64,000 nt of DNA from positions 487,931 to 551,930 of the forward strand of contig CALUHR010000013.1 of assembly GCA_944320495.1 (NCBI GenBank), written 5' to 3'. The stretch's first letter is position 1, and each line of letters begins with the position of its first letter. The notes under the pieces were generated by a model. It made no database searches, was not told the origin of the DNA, and saw nothing but the letters and a program-made list of their open reading frames with translations. This DNA is from Candidatus Methanomethylophilaceae archaeon (GTDB lineage Archaea; Thermoplasmatota; Thermoplasmata; Methanomassiliicoccales; Methanomethylophilaceae). The position numbers were made by a program, and so were the translations under genes. Below are positions 39,259 through 48,843 of this stretch, piece after piece.

Positions 39259-41174
39259 CGCAGCCACCCCCCGCAGGCCAGGACGATGCAGGCGACGATG
39301 ACGACCGCGGTCACGGCCTCCCCGACCTTCCTTATCCTGTCCTCGCCGAACCAGTCCTCCATGTACCAGTTCCTGAGAGTCACGTTCACCGGTGCCCCCA
39401 TGGACCCGGTGTAGCTCAGGTCGTCGATGTTGACTCCGGACATGTAGTTGGGCACCTCCTTTGTTTTGGATCTGCCGAAGAACGGCACGAAGATCAGCAC
39501 CAGCGCGACCAGCATTATCAGCAGGAGGTACAGGTTGTTGGTCTCCATCAGGGCCAGGTCCGCGTGCTCGGGGAAGAATGCGATGTCCATCCACGGCACC
39601 ACGAGCCAGTCGGAGAGCAGCGGATAGCCAAGGCAGACGATGACCACGAGGGCGGCCAGCGATCCGAGCACGGTCCACTCCTGAGGCCTGACGGTGTCCT
39701 CGATGTCCTTCGCATCCCTGACCACGCACGCGAGCTTGCCGAGCCACTTGGTCCAGTAGAACCCGGTGACGGCGCTCCCGAACGCGATGCACGCGACGAG
39801 GATGACGCTCATGGCCTCCTCGGTGTCGACGAAGGCAGTCAGGGCGGCCCACTTGGATATCAGCATGCCGAACGGCACCAGGAACATGGCCGCTATGCCG
39901 AGCATCATGATCAAGGCGAGCTTGGGCATGCGGGCGAACAGCCCGTCCATGTCCTCTATGTTCCTGCTGCCTATGTGATGCTCCGCGGTCCCGACGCAGA
40001 GGAAGAGCAGGGACTTGGTGATCGCGTGGAACACCATCAGCATGACGCCTGCCCAGGCGGCCTCCGGTGTGCCGACCCCGGCGCACGCGACGATGAGGCC
40101 CAGGTTGGCTATGGTCGAATAGGCCAGCACGCGCTTGGCGTTGCTCTGGGATATGGCGGCCATCGATGCCAGGAGGAATGTCAGTCCTCCGACGGCCATG
40201 ACCATGTCGCCTCCGATGTTCCCGTAGAGCAGGGGCGACAGCTTGAGCAGCATGAACACCCCGGCCTTGACCATGGTGGACGAGTGCAGCAGCGCGGATG
40301 TGGGCGTAGGCGCGACCATCGCTCCGAGCAGCCACGTGTGGAACGGCATCTGGGCGGACTTCACGATGCCCGCCAGGGCCATCAGCATGACCGCCACGAG
40401 CAGCCAGTCCGCGACGAGGGCGTCGGGTGTCGCCAGGAGCCTGTCCAGGGCGAGGAAGCCTTCCTGGTCGGCCAGGAGGATCAGCGCCGCGAGGAACGCT
40501 ATGCCTCCGATCAGGTTCAGGATCAGCTGGCGGAACGAGTTGTTGACCGCCTCCTCCGTCCTGGTGAATCCGATGAGGGCGAAGGAGCACAGTGTCGTTA
40601 TCTCCCAGAAGAAGAACATCCATACGAGGTTGTTCGACAGGACGACGCCGTACATGGCGCTGAGGAAGACGAACAGCAGGAAGAAGAACCAGCGCCTGCG
40701 GTCCTTCTCGTCGGCGTGATGCTCCTGGAAGTCCCTCATGTAGCCCACGGCGTACACGCAGATCAGGCTACCGATGATTCCGATGATCAGGATCATCACG
40801 ATGCTCAGGTCATCGATGTAGAGCCCGTTCTCGACCTCGATGCCTTCCTTGAAGACGAATTCGAAGCAGACGGACATCACCAGCTGCACCAGTCCGAGGA
40901 CCGATGCGATCGGCTTCTTGTGTTTGATACCTAGATAGATGATGACCAGGCCCAGGATCGCCTCTATGGCGAACATGAGCAGGTCGATGGACTCCCCCGA
41001 GACCTCGAACGTCTGAGGATCGCCGTGATAGTTCCAAGCCACCCAGATGGAGGTTGCGATGATCAGGGCGGCGCCGATATAGGATATCGGACCCCTGGCC
41101 CTGTCGTTCTTCACCACCAGGAGGATGCATGCGACGATGAATGGGATGACCATCATCAGCAGTATGTCGTTCAT
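39255..41174 (-). CDS. echA: Ech membrane subunit A (NuoL/MrpA-like)
   Basis: FFWEITTLCSF, KSAQMPFHTWLLGAMVAPTPTSALLHSSTMVKAGV, KRVLAYST, FHAITKSLLFL. Ends CGA-TGA over the echB ATG. GTG 41180 is an alternative start. Confidence 0.9.
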   Translation of the reverse strand: MNDILLMMVIPFIVACILLVVKNDRARGPISYIGAALIIATSIWVAWNYHGDPQTFEVSGESIDLLMFAIEAILGLVIIYLGIKHKKPIASVLGLVQLVMSVCFEFVFKEGIEVENGLYIDDLSIVMILIIGIIGSLICVYAVGYMRDFQEHHADEKDRRRWFFFLLFVFLSAMYGVVLSNNLVWMFFFWEITTLCSFALIGFTRTEEAVNNSFRQLILNLIGGIAFLAALILLADQEGFLALDRLLATPDALVADWLLVAVMLMALAGIVKSAQMPFHTWLLGAMVAPTPTSALLHSSTMVKAGVFMLLKLSPLLYGNIGGDMVMAVGGLTFLLASMAAISQSNAKRVLAYSTIANLGLIVACAGVGTPEAAWAGVMLMVFHAITKSLLFLCVGTAEHHIGSRNIEDMDGLFARMPKLALIMMLGIAAMFLVPFGMLISKWAALTAFVDTEEAMSVILVACIAFGSAVTGFYWTKWLGKLACVVRDAKDIEDTVRPQEWTVLGSLAALVVIVCLGYPLLSDWLVVPWMDIAFFPEHADLALMETNNLYLLLIMLVALVLIFVPFFGRSKTKEVPNYMSGVNIDDLSYTGSMGAPVNVTLRNWYMEDWFGEDRIRKVGEAVTAVVIVACIVLACGGWLR

Positions 41175-41464
41175 GAGCACCTCTCCGTACCCTTCCGAGA
41201 GGGTATCTGAGGTGTGCCTCGGGAATCCGTATTAAAAAAATTTGTCAAAACCGCCTCAAAGAGGAGCGAAACTTCACTGCGGGCGGGGCGTTTTCAAGAT
41301 GCATGATTACACATCATAACGAGATGACATTCGTTTGGAATGGATTCGATACGAAATCAGGCGTCCAAGCGACTTATATATCAAGTTATCGAGTTGTTTT
41401 ATAAATCGACGAATTTATCTATCTGTTTTAACAGCCGTTCCGCCAAACCACCGATATTTGTAGT

Positions 41465-41971
41465 TCACCTGGTCCATCTCTTCACTGAGGAGTTGCTGAG
41501 CACCGCCGACTCCTCCTCTTCCGAATCGAACTCCAGCTCGTATGGGCGGACTTGCCTGAGCCCAAGCGATCTCAGGCGGACCGCCACCTGCTTCGAGGAG
41601 TAGTCCACGCCGTACTTCCGCCTGATGTACTCCCTGGCCTCGGCGGTGGTCATCCTCTCGGAGGCTATCACCTCCCCCGCCTTTGCCATGTCGTCCTGGC
41701 TCAGCAGGTACCTCCTTCCGCCGCCGTATCTGGGGAACACGGAGTCCATGCCGTCCCTTTCCCAGGCATCCTTCCAGGTGTAGCCGGTCGGCAGCGATAT
41801 GTCGACCATGCGGCACGACTCCCTCATGTCGTATCCGAGCATCAGGAGGCGTATGAAGAGCAGCCTCTCGACGGCACGGATCTCGGTCTTCTCAGAGAAG
41901 CGTGCCCTGAGGCTGTAGAGCATGGCCTCAACCTCCTCGAGCGAGGGTTTCGGGATCCTGTCCGAGGTCAT
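41465..41971 (-). CDS. Helix-turn-helix protein resembling the DNA-binding half of IS630 transposases, without a DDE domain
   Basis: TGYTWKDAWERDG..SVFPRYGGGR...TTAEAREYIRRKYGVDYS...LRSLGLRQVRPY, followed by an acidic tail and TGA. Confidence 0.65.
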   Translation of the reverse strand: MTSDRIPKPSLEEVEAMLYSLRARFSEKTEIRAVERLLFIRLLMLGYDMRESCRMVDISLPTGYTWKDAWERDGMDSVFPRYGGGRRYLLSQDDMAKAGEVIASERMTTAEAREYIRRKYGVDYSSKQVAVRLRSLGLRQVRPYELEFDSEEEESAVLSNSSVKRWTR

Positions 41972-42075
41972 GGGACGACATGATGCCGGGGATATATATC
42001 GAGAGGAGGGTAACCTTCGGTAAGAATCCGAGCATCTGGCACATTCGTTTTTATCCCGTACTTCGATACGCTTCT

Positions 42076-43407
42076 ATGGATGTCTGTGTCGGCCGCGAGG
42101 AGGAGCTCTGCTATCTGAACGACCTGTGGGAGAAGGTCCCCGTGTCGTGTGCGGTGTGCGGGCGCCGCCATCTGGGCAAGACAACCCTGCTGAAGGAGTT
42201 CACCAAGGACAAGCCCTTCATCTACATCACCGGCACCGAAGGCCTCCGTTCCGACAATCTCGAGGAGATCAACCGCGCCCTCTCGAAGTTCAGCGGTGAG
42301 CAGGAGAGGATAACGGACGTCATCGACCTGTTCCCCCGCATCAAGAAGATCTGCGGCAAGCGCAAGGCCGTCGTGATAATCGACAGGCTCAGCGACCTGG
42401 TGGACAACTTCGACGAGATAAACGCGTACATCCGCGGCTTCATGAGCAGGGAGCTCGGGAACACCAGGATCATGCTGGTGGTCTGCGACAACGACAGCTC
42501 CGTCTTCGGGCGCTTCTACTACACCCTGGAGCTGAAGCCTATGAGCTACATCGACTGCAAGGGATTCCATCCGAGCTACACCCCGATCCAGCACCTGAAG
42601 GCGTACGCCATGGTCGGGGGCACCCCGGCGTACCAGCACCTGTTCGGCGACATGGATCCCGATGAGGTGATCCGCAAGCAGATGTTCTACCACATGTCGG
42701 TGTTCTCCCTCGAGGCGGAGGGCATGGTCGCATCCGAGACGATAGCCCCCAACAGCTGTACGAAGGTCCTGTCCGCGATAGCCGGCGGGGCAGAGAGCAT
42801 TCGCGAGATCTCGTCGCGCACGGGAATGAGCTCGTCTTTCTGCACCAAGGTCGTGGAGGACATGGAGCACAAGGGGATCCTCCAGAAGGAGGTCTCGTCA
42901 GGCATGTCCCGCAGGGCGGTGTACTCGATCAACAGCAACATCATCCGCTTCTACTACCAGGTGGTCCATCGTTACACCCACATGGTCGAGTTCGAATCCC
43001 CCCAGAAGGCCTACGAGGAGGCGAGGGAGGACATAGACCGCTACATGGAGAACGCGTTCAAGACGGTCTGCATGGAGTACGTGACCCGGAGCTTCGACTA
43101 CAAGTTCGTGGGCAGACTCAGGAAGTGGGACGACAGCGTCGACAAGGTCATCGACTTCCTGGCGTCGGTGAACGTCAACAGGTCCGAGAAGGTCCTCATC
43201 GCCAGGTGCAGGCTCTACGGCGCCCCGTTCGGGGAGAGGGAGCTGGAGGAGCTCATGGAGAGGGCGAAGAAGGTGGAGGGGTCCTCGCACAAGGTCTACC
43301 TGATGTTCTCAGGCACCGGATTCACGCCGGAGCTCGTCAAGGCCGCCCACAACATGGGCGAGAGGGTGAGGCTGCTCACGCTGGCCGACATCTACGGTGA
43401 CCGTTGA
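42076..43407 (+). CDS. Archaeal ATPase (COG1672-like) with wHTH and C-terminal nuclease-like domain
   Basis: VGREEEL, GRRHLGKT Walker A, VGGTPAY, central HTH, C-terminal DFLA...LIARC...YLMFSGTGFT. Confidence 0.75.
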   Translation: MDVCVGREEELCYLNDLWEKVPVSCAVCGRRHLGKTTLLKEFTKDKPFIYITGTEGLRSDNLEEINRALSKFSGEQERITDVIDLFPRIKKICGKRKAVVIIDRLSDLVDNFDEINAYIRGFMSRELGNTRIMLVVCDNDSSVFGRFYYTLELKPMSYIDCKGFHPSYTPIQHLKAYAMVGGTPAYQHLFGDMDPDEVIRKQMFYHMSVFSLEAEGMVASETIAPNSCTKVLSAIAGGAESIREISSRTGMSSSFCTKVVEDMEHKGILQKEVSSGMSRRAVYSINSNIIRFYYQVVHRYTHMVEFESPQKAYEEAREDIDRYMENAFKTVCMEYVTRSFDYKFVGRLRKWDDSVDKVIDFLASVNVNRSEKVLIARCRLYGAPFGERELEELMERAKKVEGSSHKVYLMFSGTGFTPELVKAAHNMGERVRLLTLADIYGDR

Positions 43408-44906
43408 TGAGGACGGTCCTCGCCATAGACGCGGGAACCACCAGCATCCGCGCCATGCTGTTCGGCACAGGCGGGGAGGTCCTCGCCGTGTCCCAGAGGC
43501 CGCTCAGGCAGATCTACCCCGAGCCGGGCATGGTGGAGCACGATCCGTCGGAGATATGGGTGCTGTGCCGTGAGACCGTGAGGGATGTCCTGTCCAGGCC
43601 GGGAGTGGAACCCTCGTCGTGTGCCGCGTTCGCGGTGACGAACCAGAGGGAGACGGCGGTCGCCTGGGACCGCGACACCGGGTCCCCGCTGTGCAACGCC
43701 ATCGTTTGGCAGGACAGGAGGACGTCGGGATTCTGCGACGGCCTCTCCTCGAAGGGGCTGGATGGCGAGATATACCGCAGGACGGGGCTCCATGTGGATC
43801 CCTACTTCTCCGGGACCAAGTTCCGCTGGATGCTCGACCATGTGCCTGCGGTGCGCGAGAGGGCGGCGTCAGGGAGGCTCGCCCTGGGCACCGTGGACTC
43901 GTGGATCGTCTGGAAGCTCACAGGGGGCCGCGTGCACGCGACGGATCATTCGAACGCGTCCCGCACCATGCTCATGGACATCCGTGCCCTCGAATGGGAT
44001 CCCGATTTTGCGGAGATCCTGGGGGTTCCGATGGATGCCCTGCCCGAGATCCGCCCCACGGGGTGCTTGTTCGGGACCACCGATCCCGCCGAGGTGGGCG
44101 TGTCGGTGCCCATAGCCGGGTCCATCGGGGACCAGCAGGCCGCCCTGTTCGGCCAGCAGTGCACATCCGACGGAGATGTGAAGGTCACGTTCGGCACCGG
44201 CGGGTTCATGCTGATGAACGCAGGGGCCATGGCCCCAGTGTCCTCGAACGGGCTCCTCACCACCGTGGCATGGACCCACGGGGGCAGACCGGTCTATGCG
44301 GTCGAGGGCTCGGTGTACATAGCGGGGGCGGCGATCCAGTGGCTCAGGGACGAGCTCCAGATCGTGGAGGCCTCCGCGGAGACGGAGAGGATGGCGACGA
44401 GCGTCCAGGACACGGGAGGATGCACCCTGGTGCCCGCCTTCACCGGGCTCGGCGCGCCGCACTGGGATCCAGGTGCCCGCGGAATGATAATGGGGCTGAC
44501 CAGGGGGACCAACAGGAACCATCTGGCCAGGGCTGCTCTCGAATCGATAGCGTTCCAGGCGTGCGACGTGGTCCGTGCCATGTCCTCTGACACGGGGAAA
44601 CGCGTGGCCGAGGTGAAGGTCGACGGAGGGGCCAGCGCCAACGGTTTCCTCTGCCAGTTCATGGCGGACATATCGGGCACCAGGGTCCTGAGGCCGAAGG
44701 TCATAGAGTCCACCGCTCTCGGCGCCGCCTATCAGGCCGGGCTGACCGTGGGGCTGTGGTCGTCGGAGGACGATCTGAGAGGCAACTGGGTCCTGGATCG
44801 GGAGTTCGTGCCTTCGATGTCCGAGGACGAGCGCCTCCGTCGCCTGGATTCCTGGTCCAAGGCCGTGGAATGCGCCAAGGCCTGGTCCCGCATCTGCGGA
44901 GACTGA
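43407..44906 (+). CDS. glpK: Glycerol kinase
   Basis: AIDAGTTSIRA, VEHDP, TNQRET, NAIVWQDRRT, DPYFSGTK, TDHSNASRT, GDQQAALFGQ, APHWDP, VDGGASAN. TGATG overlap. Confidence 0.92.
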   Translation: MRTVLAIDAGTTSIRAMLFGTGGEVLAVSQRPLRQIYPEPGMVEHDPSEIWVLCRETVRDVLSRPGVEPSSCAAFAVTNQRETAVAWDRDTGSPLCNAIVWQDRRTSGFCDGLSSKGLDGEIYRRTGLHVDPYFSGTKFRWMLDHVPAVRERAASGRLALGTVDSWIVWKLTGGRVHATDHSNASRTMLMDIRALEWDPDFAEILGVPMDALPEIRPTGCLFGTTDPAEVGVSVPIAGSIGDQQAALFGQQCTSDGDVKVTFGTGGFMLMNAGAMAPVSSNGLLTTVAWTHGGRPVYAVEGSVYIAGAAIQWLRDELQIVEASAETERMATSVQDTGGCTLVPAFTGLGAPHWDPGARGMIMGLTRGTNRNHLARAALESIAFQACDVVRAMSSDTGKRVAEVKVDGGASANGFLCQFMADISGTRVLRPKVIESTALGAAYQAGLTVGLWSSEDDLRGNWVLDREFVPSMSEDERLRRLDSWSKAVECAKAWSRICGD

Positions 44907-44939
44907 ACCGTTATTACAGCATCCCCGGATACCCTGACC

Positions 44940-46628
44940 ATGAAGGTCATCATCGTCGGAGGAGTCGCTGGAGGCGCCTCCACCGCAGCCAGGCTGAGGA
45001 GGCTCGATGAGAGCGCCGAGATCGTGATGTTCGAGCGCACGGGGTACGTGTCGTACGCCAACTGCGGCCTCCCGTACTATGTCGGAGGCGTGATCACCGA
45101 CAAAGCTAAGCTCACCCTCCAGACCCCCGCGTCATTCGGATCCAGGTTCGATGTGGACGCCCGCGTGAACAGCGAGGTCGTGTCCATAGACCGTGTTACC
45201 AAGAGCGTGAGGGTCAGGAGCACCATCACCGGGGACGAGTACGACGAGCCGTACGATGTGCTGGTCCTCTCGCCGGGCGCCAAGGCAATCCGTCCCGACA
45301 TCCCAGGCATCGACGACCCCCGCGTCATGTCCATGCGCACCGTGGAGGACACGCTGGCCATGCGCAGGTTCGTGGAGGAGGAGAGGCCGAAGCGCGCTGT
45401 GGTCTGCGGTGCCGGATACATAGGTCTGGAGATCGCGGAGAACCTCATCGGACTGGGCATCGAGGTCACCGTGGTGCAGAGGCCGGACCATGTCCTGCCT
45501 CCTCTGGACAGGGACATGGCCGCCGACGTGCATCACTGCCTCAGGGCCAACGGTGTCAGGCTGGTCCTGTCCGACGCGCTCGCGTCCTTCGAGACAGACG
45601 GGCCGCTCCGCGCCGTTCTCAGGGACGGCGAGGTGATTGAGACCGACATGGCCGTCGTCGCGCTCGGTGTCACCCCCGATACGCATCTGGCGAAGGATGC
45701 GGGGCTCGAGCTCGGCGTGAAGGGCACGATCGTCGTGGACTCGCACATGAGGACGTCCGATCCGAGCATATACGCTGTCGGCGACGCGGTCCAGGTCCAG
45801 AACTACGTGACCGGTCAGCCGGCGAACATCGCCCTCGCCGGTCCCGCCAACAGGCAGGGCAGGATCGCAGCCGAGAACATCGCCGGAGGGGACTCCGAGT
45901 ACCGCGGGTCTCTGGGATCCTCGGTGATCAAGGTGTTCGACATGACCGTCGCCACCACCGGGATCAACGAGAGGCAGGCCAAGGACGCCGGCATCCCCTA
46001 CGACAAGGTCTACACCTTCTCGGCGCCGCACGCCACGTACTATCCCGGCGGGAGGAACATGTCAGTCAAGACCCTGTTCGACCCCGTGACCGGCACCGTG
46101 CTCGGCGCCCAGATCGTCGGATACGAGGGTGTGGAGAAGCGTGCGGACGTGATCGCCACGGCGATACACGCGGGGATGACCGTCGAGGACCTGGCCGAGC
46201 TGGACCTGACGTATGCGCCGCCGTACTCGTCCGCCAAGGACCCTGTGAACTACGTCGGATTCGTGGCCACCAACGTCATGAACGGCCTGGTCAGGCAGTT
46301 CTTCTGGGACGAGGTGGACTCCGTCAGGGAGGACCCCTCCTCGTACCTGGTGGACGTCCGCACCCCGGAGGAGTTCGCCAGAGGGCACATAGAGGGATCC
46401 GTCAACATCCCCGTGGACGAGCTCAGGGACAGGTTGGACGAGGTCCCGAGTGACAGGCACATCCGCCTGATCTGCCAGAGCGCGCTCAGGAGCTACATAG
46501 CCGCAAGGATCCTGGAGCAGCGCGGATACGAGTGCAGCCATCTCGCCGGAGGGTACAGGCTGTACGCCTCGGTCATGAGGGACACCCCGGGGCCCGCGGA
46601 TGCCATGCCCTGCGGGGTCAGTCGCTGA
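44940..46628 (+). CDS. CoA-disulfide reductase-like flavoprotein with rhodanese domain
   Basis: IIVGGVAGGASTAARLRR, SYANCGLPY, GAGYIGLE, YAPPYSSAKDPVN, C-terminal DVRT...CQSALRS. Confidence 0.88.
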   Translation: MKVIIVGGVAGGASTAARLRRLDESAEIVMFERTGYVSYANCGLPYYVGGVITDKAKLTLQTPASFGSRFDVDARVNSEVVSIDRVTKSVRVRSTITGDEYDEPYDVLVLSPGAKAIRPDIPGIDDPRVMSMRTVEDTLAMRRFVEEERPKRAVVCGAGYIGLEIAENLIGLGIEVTVVQRPDHVLPPLDRDMAADVHHCLRANGVRLVLSDALASFETDGPLRAVLRDGEVIETDMAVVALGVTPDTHLAKDAGLELGVKGTIVVDSHMRTSDPSIYAVGDAVQVQNYVTGQPANIALAGPANRQGRIAAENIAGGDSEYRGSLGSSVIKVFDMTVATTGINERQAKDAGIPYDKVYTFSAPHATYYPGGRNMSVKTLFDPVTGTVLGAQIVGYEGVEKRADVIATAIHAGMTVEDLAELDLTYAPPYSSAKDPVNYVGFVATNVMNGLVRQFFWDEVDSVREDPSSYLVDVRTPEEFARGHIEGSVNIPVDELRDRLDEVPSDRHIRLICQSALRSYIAARILEQRGYECSHLAGGYRLYASVMRDTPGPADAMPCGVSR

Positions 46629-47103
46629 GAAACCGTCGGCGGAGTCCCCGTCCATCGCGGCGAGGGCCTCTGCTATCCTTATGCCGAGGGACGTGAGCGT
46701 AAGCGTCACGGCTCTCGTGAATCCGTCCGCGTCTGTATGATGGATCCCGTACATCGAGGATGGACGATCCCGCTGATGGCGGGGCTCAGAGAGGTGGTAT
46801 GGGTGTCAGCCTTGGGGCCGTCGGATGGATTCACGCATCCAGGTGGACACTTGTCACGGCGGTGTTCCTGACAATCAGCTGTTCCTCGTTTCGAAGGCAT
46901 CGGACCGTGGACTCCCTGTGGGCGGTGCGTATCCGTCTAGGTGGGCACAGGGGCGCTCAGGACGGTTATGGTAAGCGCCATTCTGAGGATGGAGCATTTC
47001 ACGCTGTCGGACTCATGGCCTTCGTGCTGATTGTCGTGTAGGGGTTATAGGTCTAAAGGCCACGGGCAAGGAACACGGAGGAGGGGGCGAAGGTCGCATG
47101 TCA

Positions 47104-47155
47104 GAAAAATCCTCAATGAAACATCCGAAAAATCCTCAATGAAACATCCGAAAAA
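47104..47155 (+). repeat. 23-bp tandem direct repeat, two copies plus a partial
   Basis: GAAAAATCCTCAATGAAACATCC at 47104-47126 and 47127-47149, then GAAAAA. Confidence 0.85.
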
Positions 47156-47199
47156 ATATAAGTGCTGTAACGTATACGATATGTTGAGGTGAAAATCAT

Positions 47200-48510
47200 C
47201 TGACCCCCGCCGGTTACAGACCGCGTGCTATGGATTCGGAGATGGAGGCCATGCTGAGGTCATTCGGGGCTGTATGCGTCGAGGGTCCCAAAGCCTGCGG
47301 TAAGACATGGATGTCAATGAGGCATGCTAACAGCGCATTCTTCGTATCGGATCCGAAGAACAACTTCAACAACAGGGCGGTGGCGGCCATGAATCCGGAG
47401 TTCTCACTCAGGGGCGAGGCACCGCATCTGGTAGATGAATGGCAGGAGGTGCCGGAGATATGGGATGCCGTTCGTTTTCAGGTGGACTGCGATCAGGCGG
47501 TCGGACGGTTGATTCTGACTGGTTCATCGACCCCTCAGTTCAAAGGGGTGCTTCATAGCGGCACCGGACGCATCGGGAAGCTTCGTATGCGTCCGATGTC
47601 CCTTTTCGAGTCAGGAGATTCCACCGGTGAGGTCACGCTGTCCTCGATGTTCGATGGAACGATGGGTACAGTGGAGGTGGAAGGTCCTGATCTGGAGGGA
47701 CTAATTGGGATGACAGTGCGCGGCGGATGGCCGATGGTGCAGGGTCGTGGCATCCAGGAAGCCATCAGATTCAACCGCGGATATCTGAAAAGCATACTCG
47801 ATGATGACCTGCCTCGTTTGGACAGGGTCGATCGCAACAGGGGGAAGATGGAGGCCCTGATAAGATCGCTCGCCCGCAACGAGAGCACGATGGCCAGCAA
47901 TTCGAAGCTGATGGATGACATGAAGGAGTTCGACAACGAGACTGTGTCGGAGAACACTTTCGGAATCTACATGGACGTGCTGAACCGCATGTTCATTCTG
48001 GATCCGCAGAAGGCGTTCGATCCCAATGTCCGTTCCTCTATCCGTGTGGGCAAGAAGCCTAAGAGGCATCTGGCGGATCCTTCGCTGGCGATTGCAGCCA
48101 TGGGGCTCACGCCACGTATGCTCCTGGAGGACCTGAACACCTATGGGTTCATGTTCGAGTCCATGTGTATGAGGGATCTCCGCGTGTACGCACAGGCATC
48201 CGGAGGGGAGGTCTACCACTACCGTGACGACAGCGGCATGGAGGTCGATGCTATAGTCGAGATGCCAGACGGTCAATGGGGGGCCTTCGAGATAAAACTG
48301 GGGCAAAACCAGGTAGATGCCGCTGCCGAGGGCCTCTTGGCATTCAGGGACAAGATGGCCGCCCGGACGGCCAGGGGCGCTCCGAGCGTCCTATGCGTGA
48401 TCGTGGGGATGGCGTCATACGCATACCGCCGCACGGATGGGGTGTTCGTGGTTCCGATCACAGCCCTCGGTTGCAGGGATTCGATGATGGATGTCGAGGC
48501 TTCCGAATGA
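47200..48510 (+). CDS. AAA_14 + DUF4143-like ATP-binding protein
   Basis: EGPKACGKT, DEWQEVP, ILTGS, LRMRPMSL, KRHLADPSLA, GFMFES, EVDAIVE, AFEIKLG. First ATG at 47230, but LTPAGYRPR is encoded from a CTG at 47200 after RBS GAGGTG. More T-ending codons than flanking genes. Confidence 0.8.
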   Translation: MTPAGYRPRAMDSEMEAMLRSFGAVCVEGPKACGKTWMSMRHANSAFFVSDPKNNFNNRAVAAMNPEFSLRGEAPHLVDEWQEVPEIWDAVRFQVDCDQAVGRLILTGSSTPQFKGVLHSGTGRIGKLRMRPMSLFESGDSTGEVTLSSMFDGTMGTVEVEGPDLEGLIGMTVRGGWPMVQGRGIQEAIRFNRGYLKSILDDDLPRLDRVDRNRGKMEALIRSLARNESTMASNSKLMDDMKEFDNETVSENTFGIYMDVLNRMFILDPQKAFDPNVRSSIRVGKKPKRHLADPSLAIAAMGLTPRMLLEDLNTYGFMFESMCMRDLRVYAQASGGEVYHYRDDSGMEVDAIVEMPDGQWGAFEIKLGQNQVDAAAEGLLAFRDKMAARTARGAPSVLCVIVGMASYAYRRTDGVFVVPITALGCRDSMMDVEASE

Positions 48511-48558
48511 CCGTGTGGCGAGGCAGGTTTCCAATACACGTTGTATCATGTGATATGG

Positions 48559-48843
48559 ATGAGGTTCGCATTCATCTTCATGAACACCGCCCTGCCGGGC
48601 ATCGAGAGGACCACCGTGAGAGGAGGCGACAGCGAGTTCGTAGGCGTCCGCTCGCTCGATGAGGCATGCTCCGTCGCATCATCCCTCGTCGGCGAGGGCG
48701 TCGGATGCATCGAGCTCTGCGGGGCGTTCGGGGAGGACGGTGCCAGGGCGGTGATGGAGGCCACGGGCAGGAGCGTCCCCGTCGGCTATGTGGTGCACCT
48801 GCCCGAGATGGACGACGTCTACGCCAGGACGTTCGGCGGCTAG
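48559..48843 (+). CDS. Small protein, DUF6506-like
   Basis: FAFIFM...VGV...EAC...GVGCIELCGAFG...VPVGYV. Ends TAG immediately followed by CGA. Confidence 0.65.
   Translation: MRFAFIFMNTALPGIERTTVRGGDSEFVGVRSLDEACSVASSLVGEGVGCIELCGAFGEDGARAVMEATGRSVPVGYVVHLPEMDDVYARTFGG

Noticed and set aside
46760-47041. 93-aa ORF and neighbouring short ORFs
   Set aside because: No motif, poor codon bias, and interrupted alternative frames; treated as decayed sequence.
47104-47155. CRISPR mini-array
   Set aside because: The repeats are directly adjacent with no spacers, and no cas genes are present.
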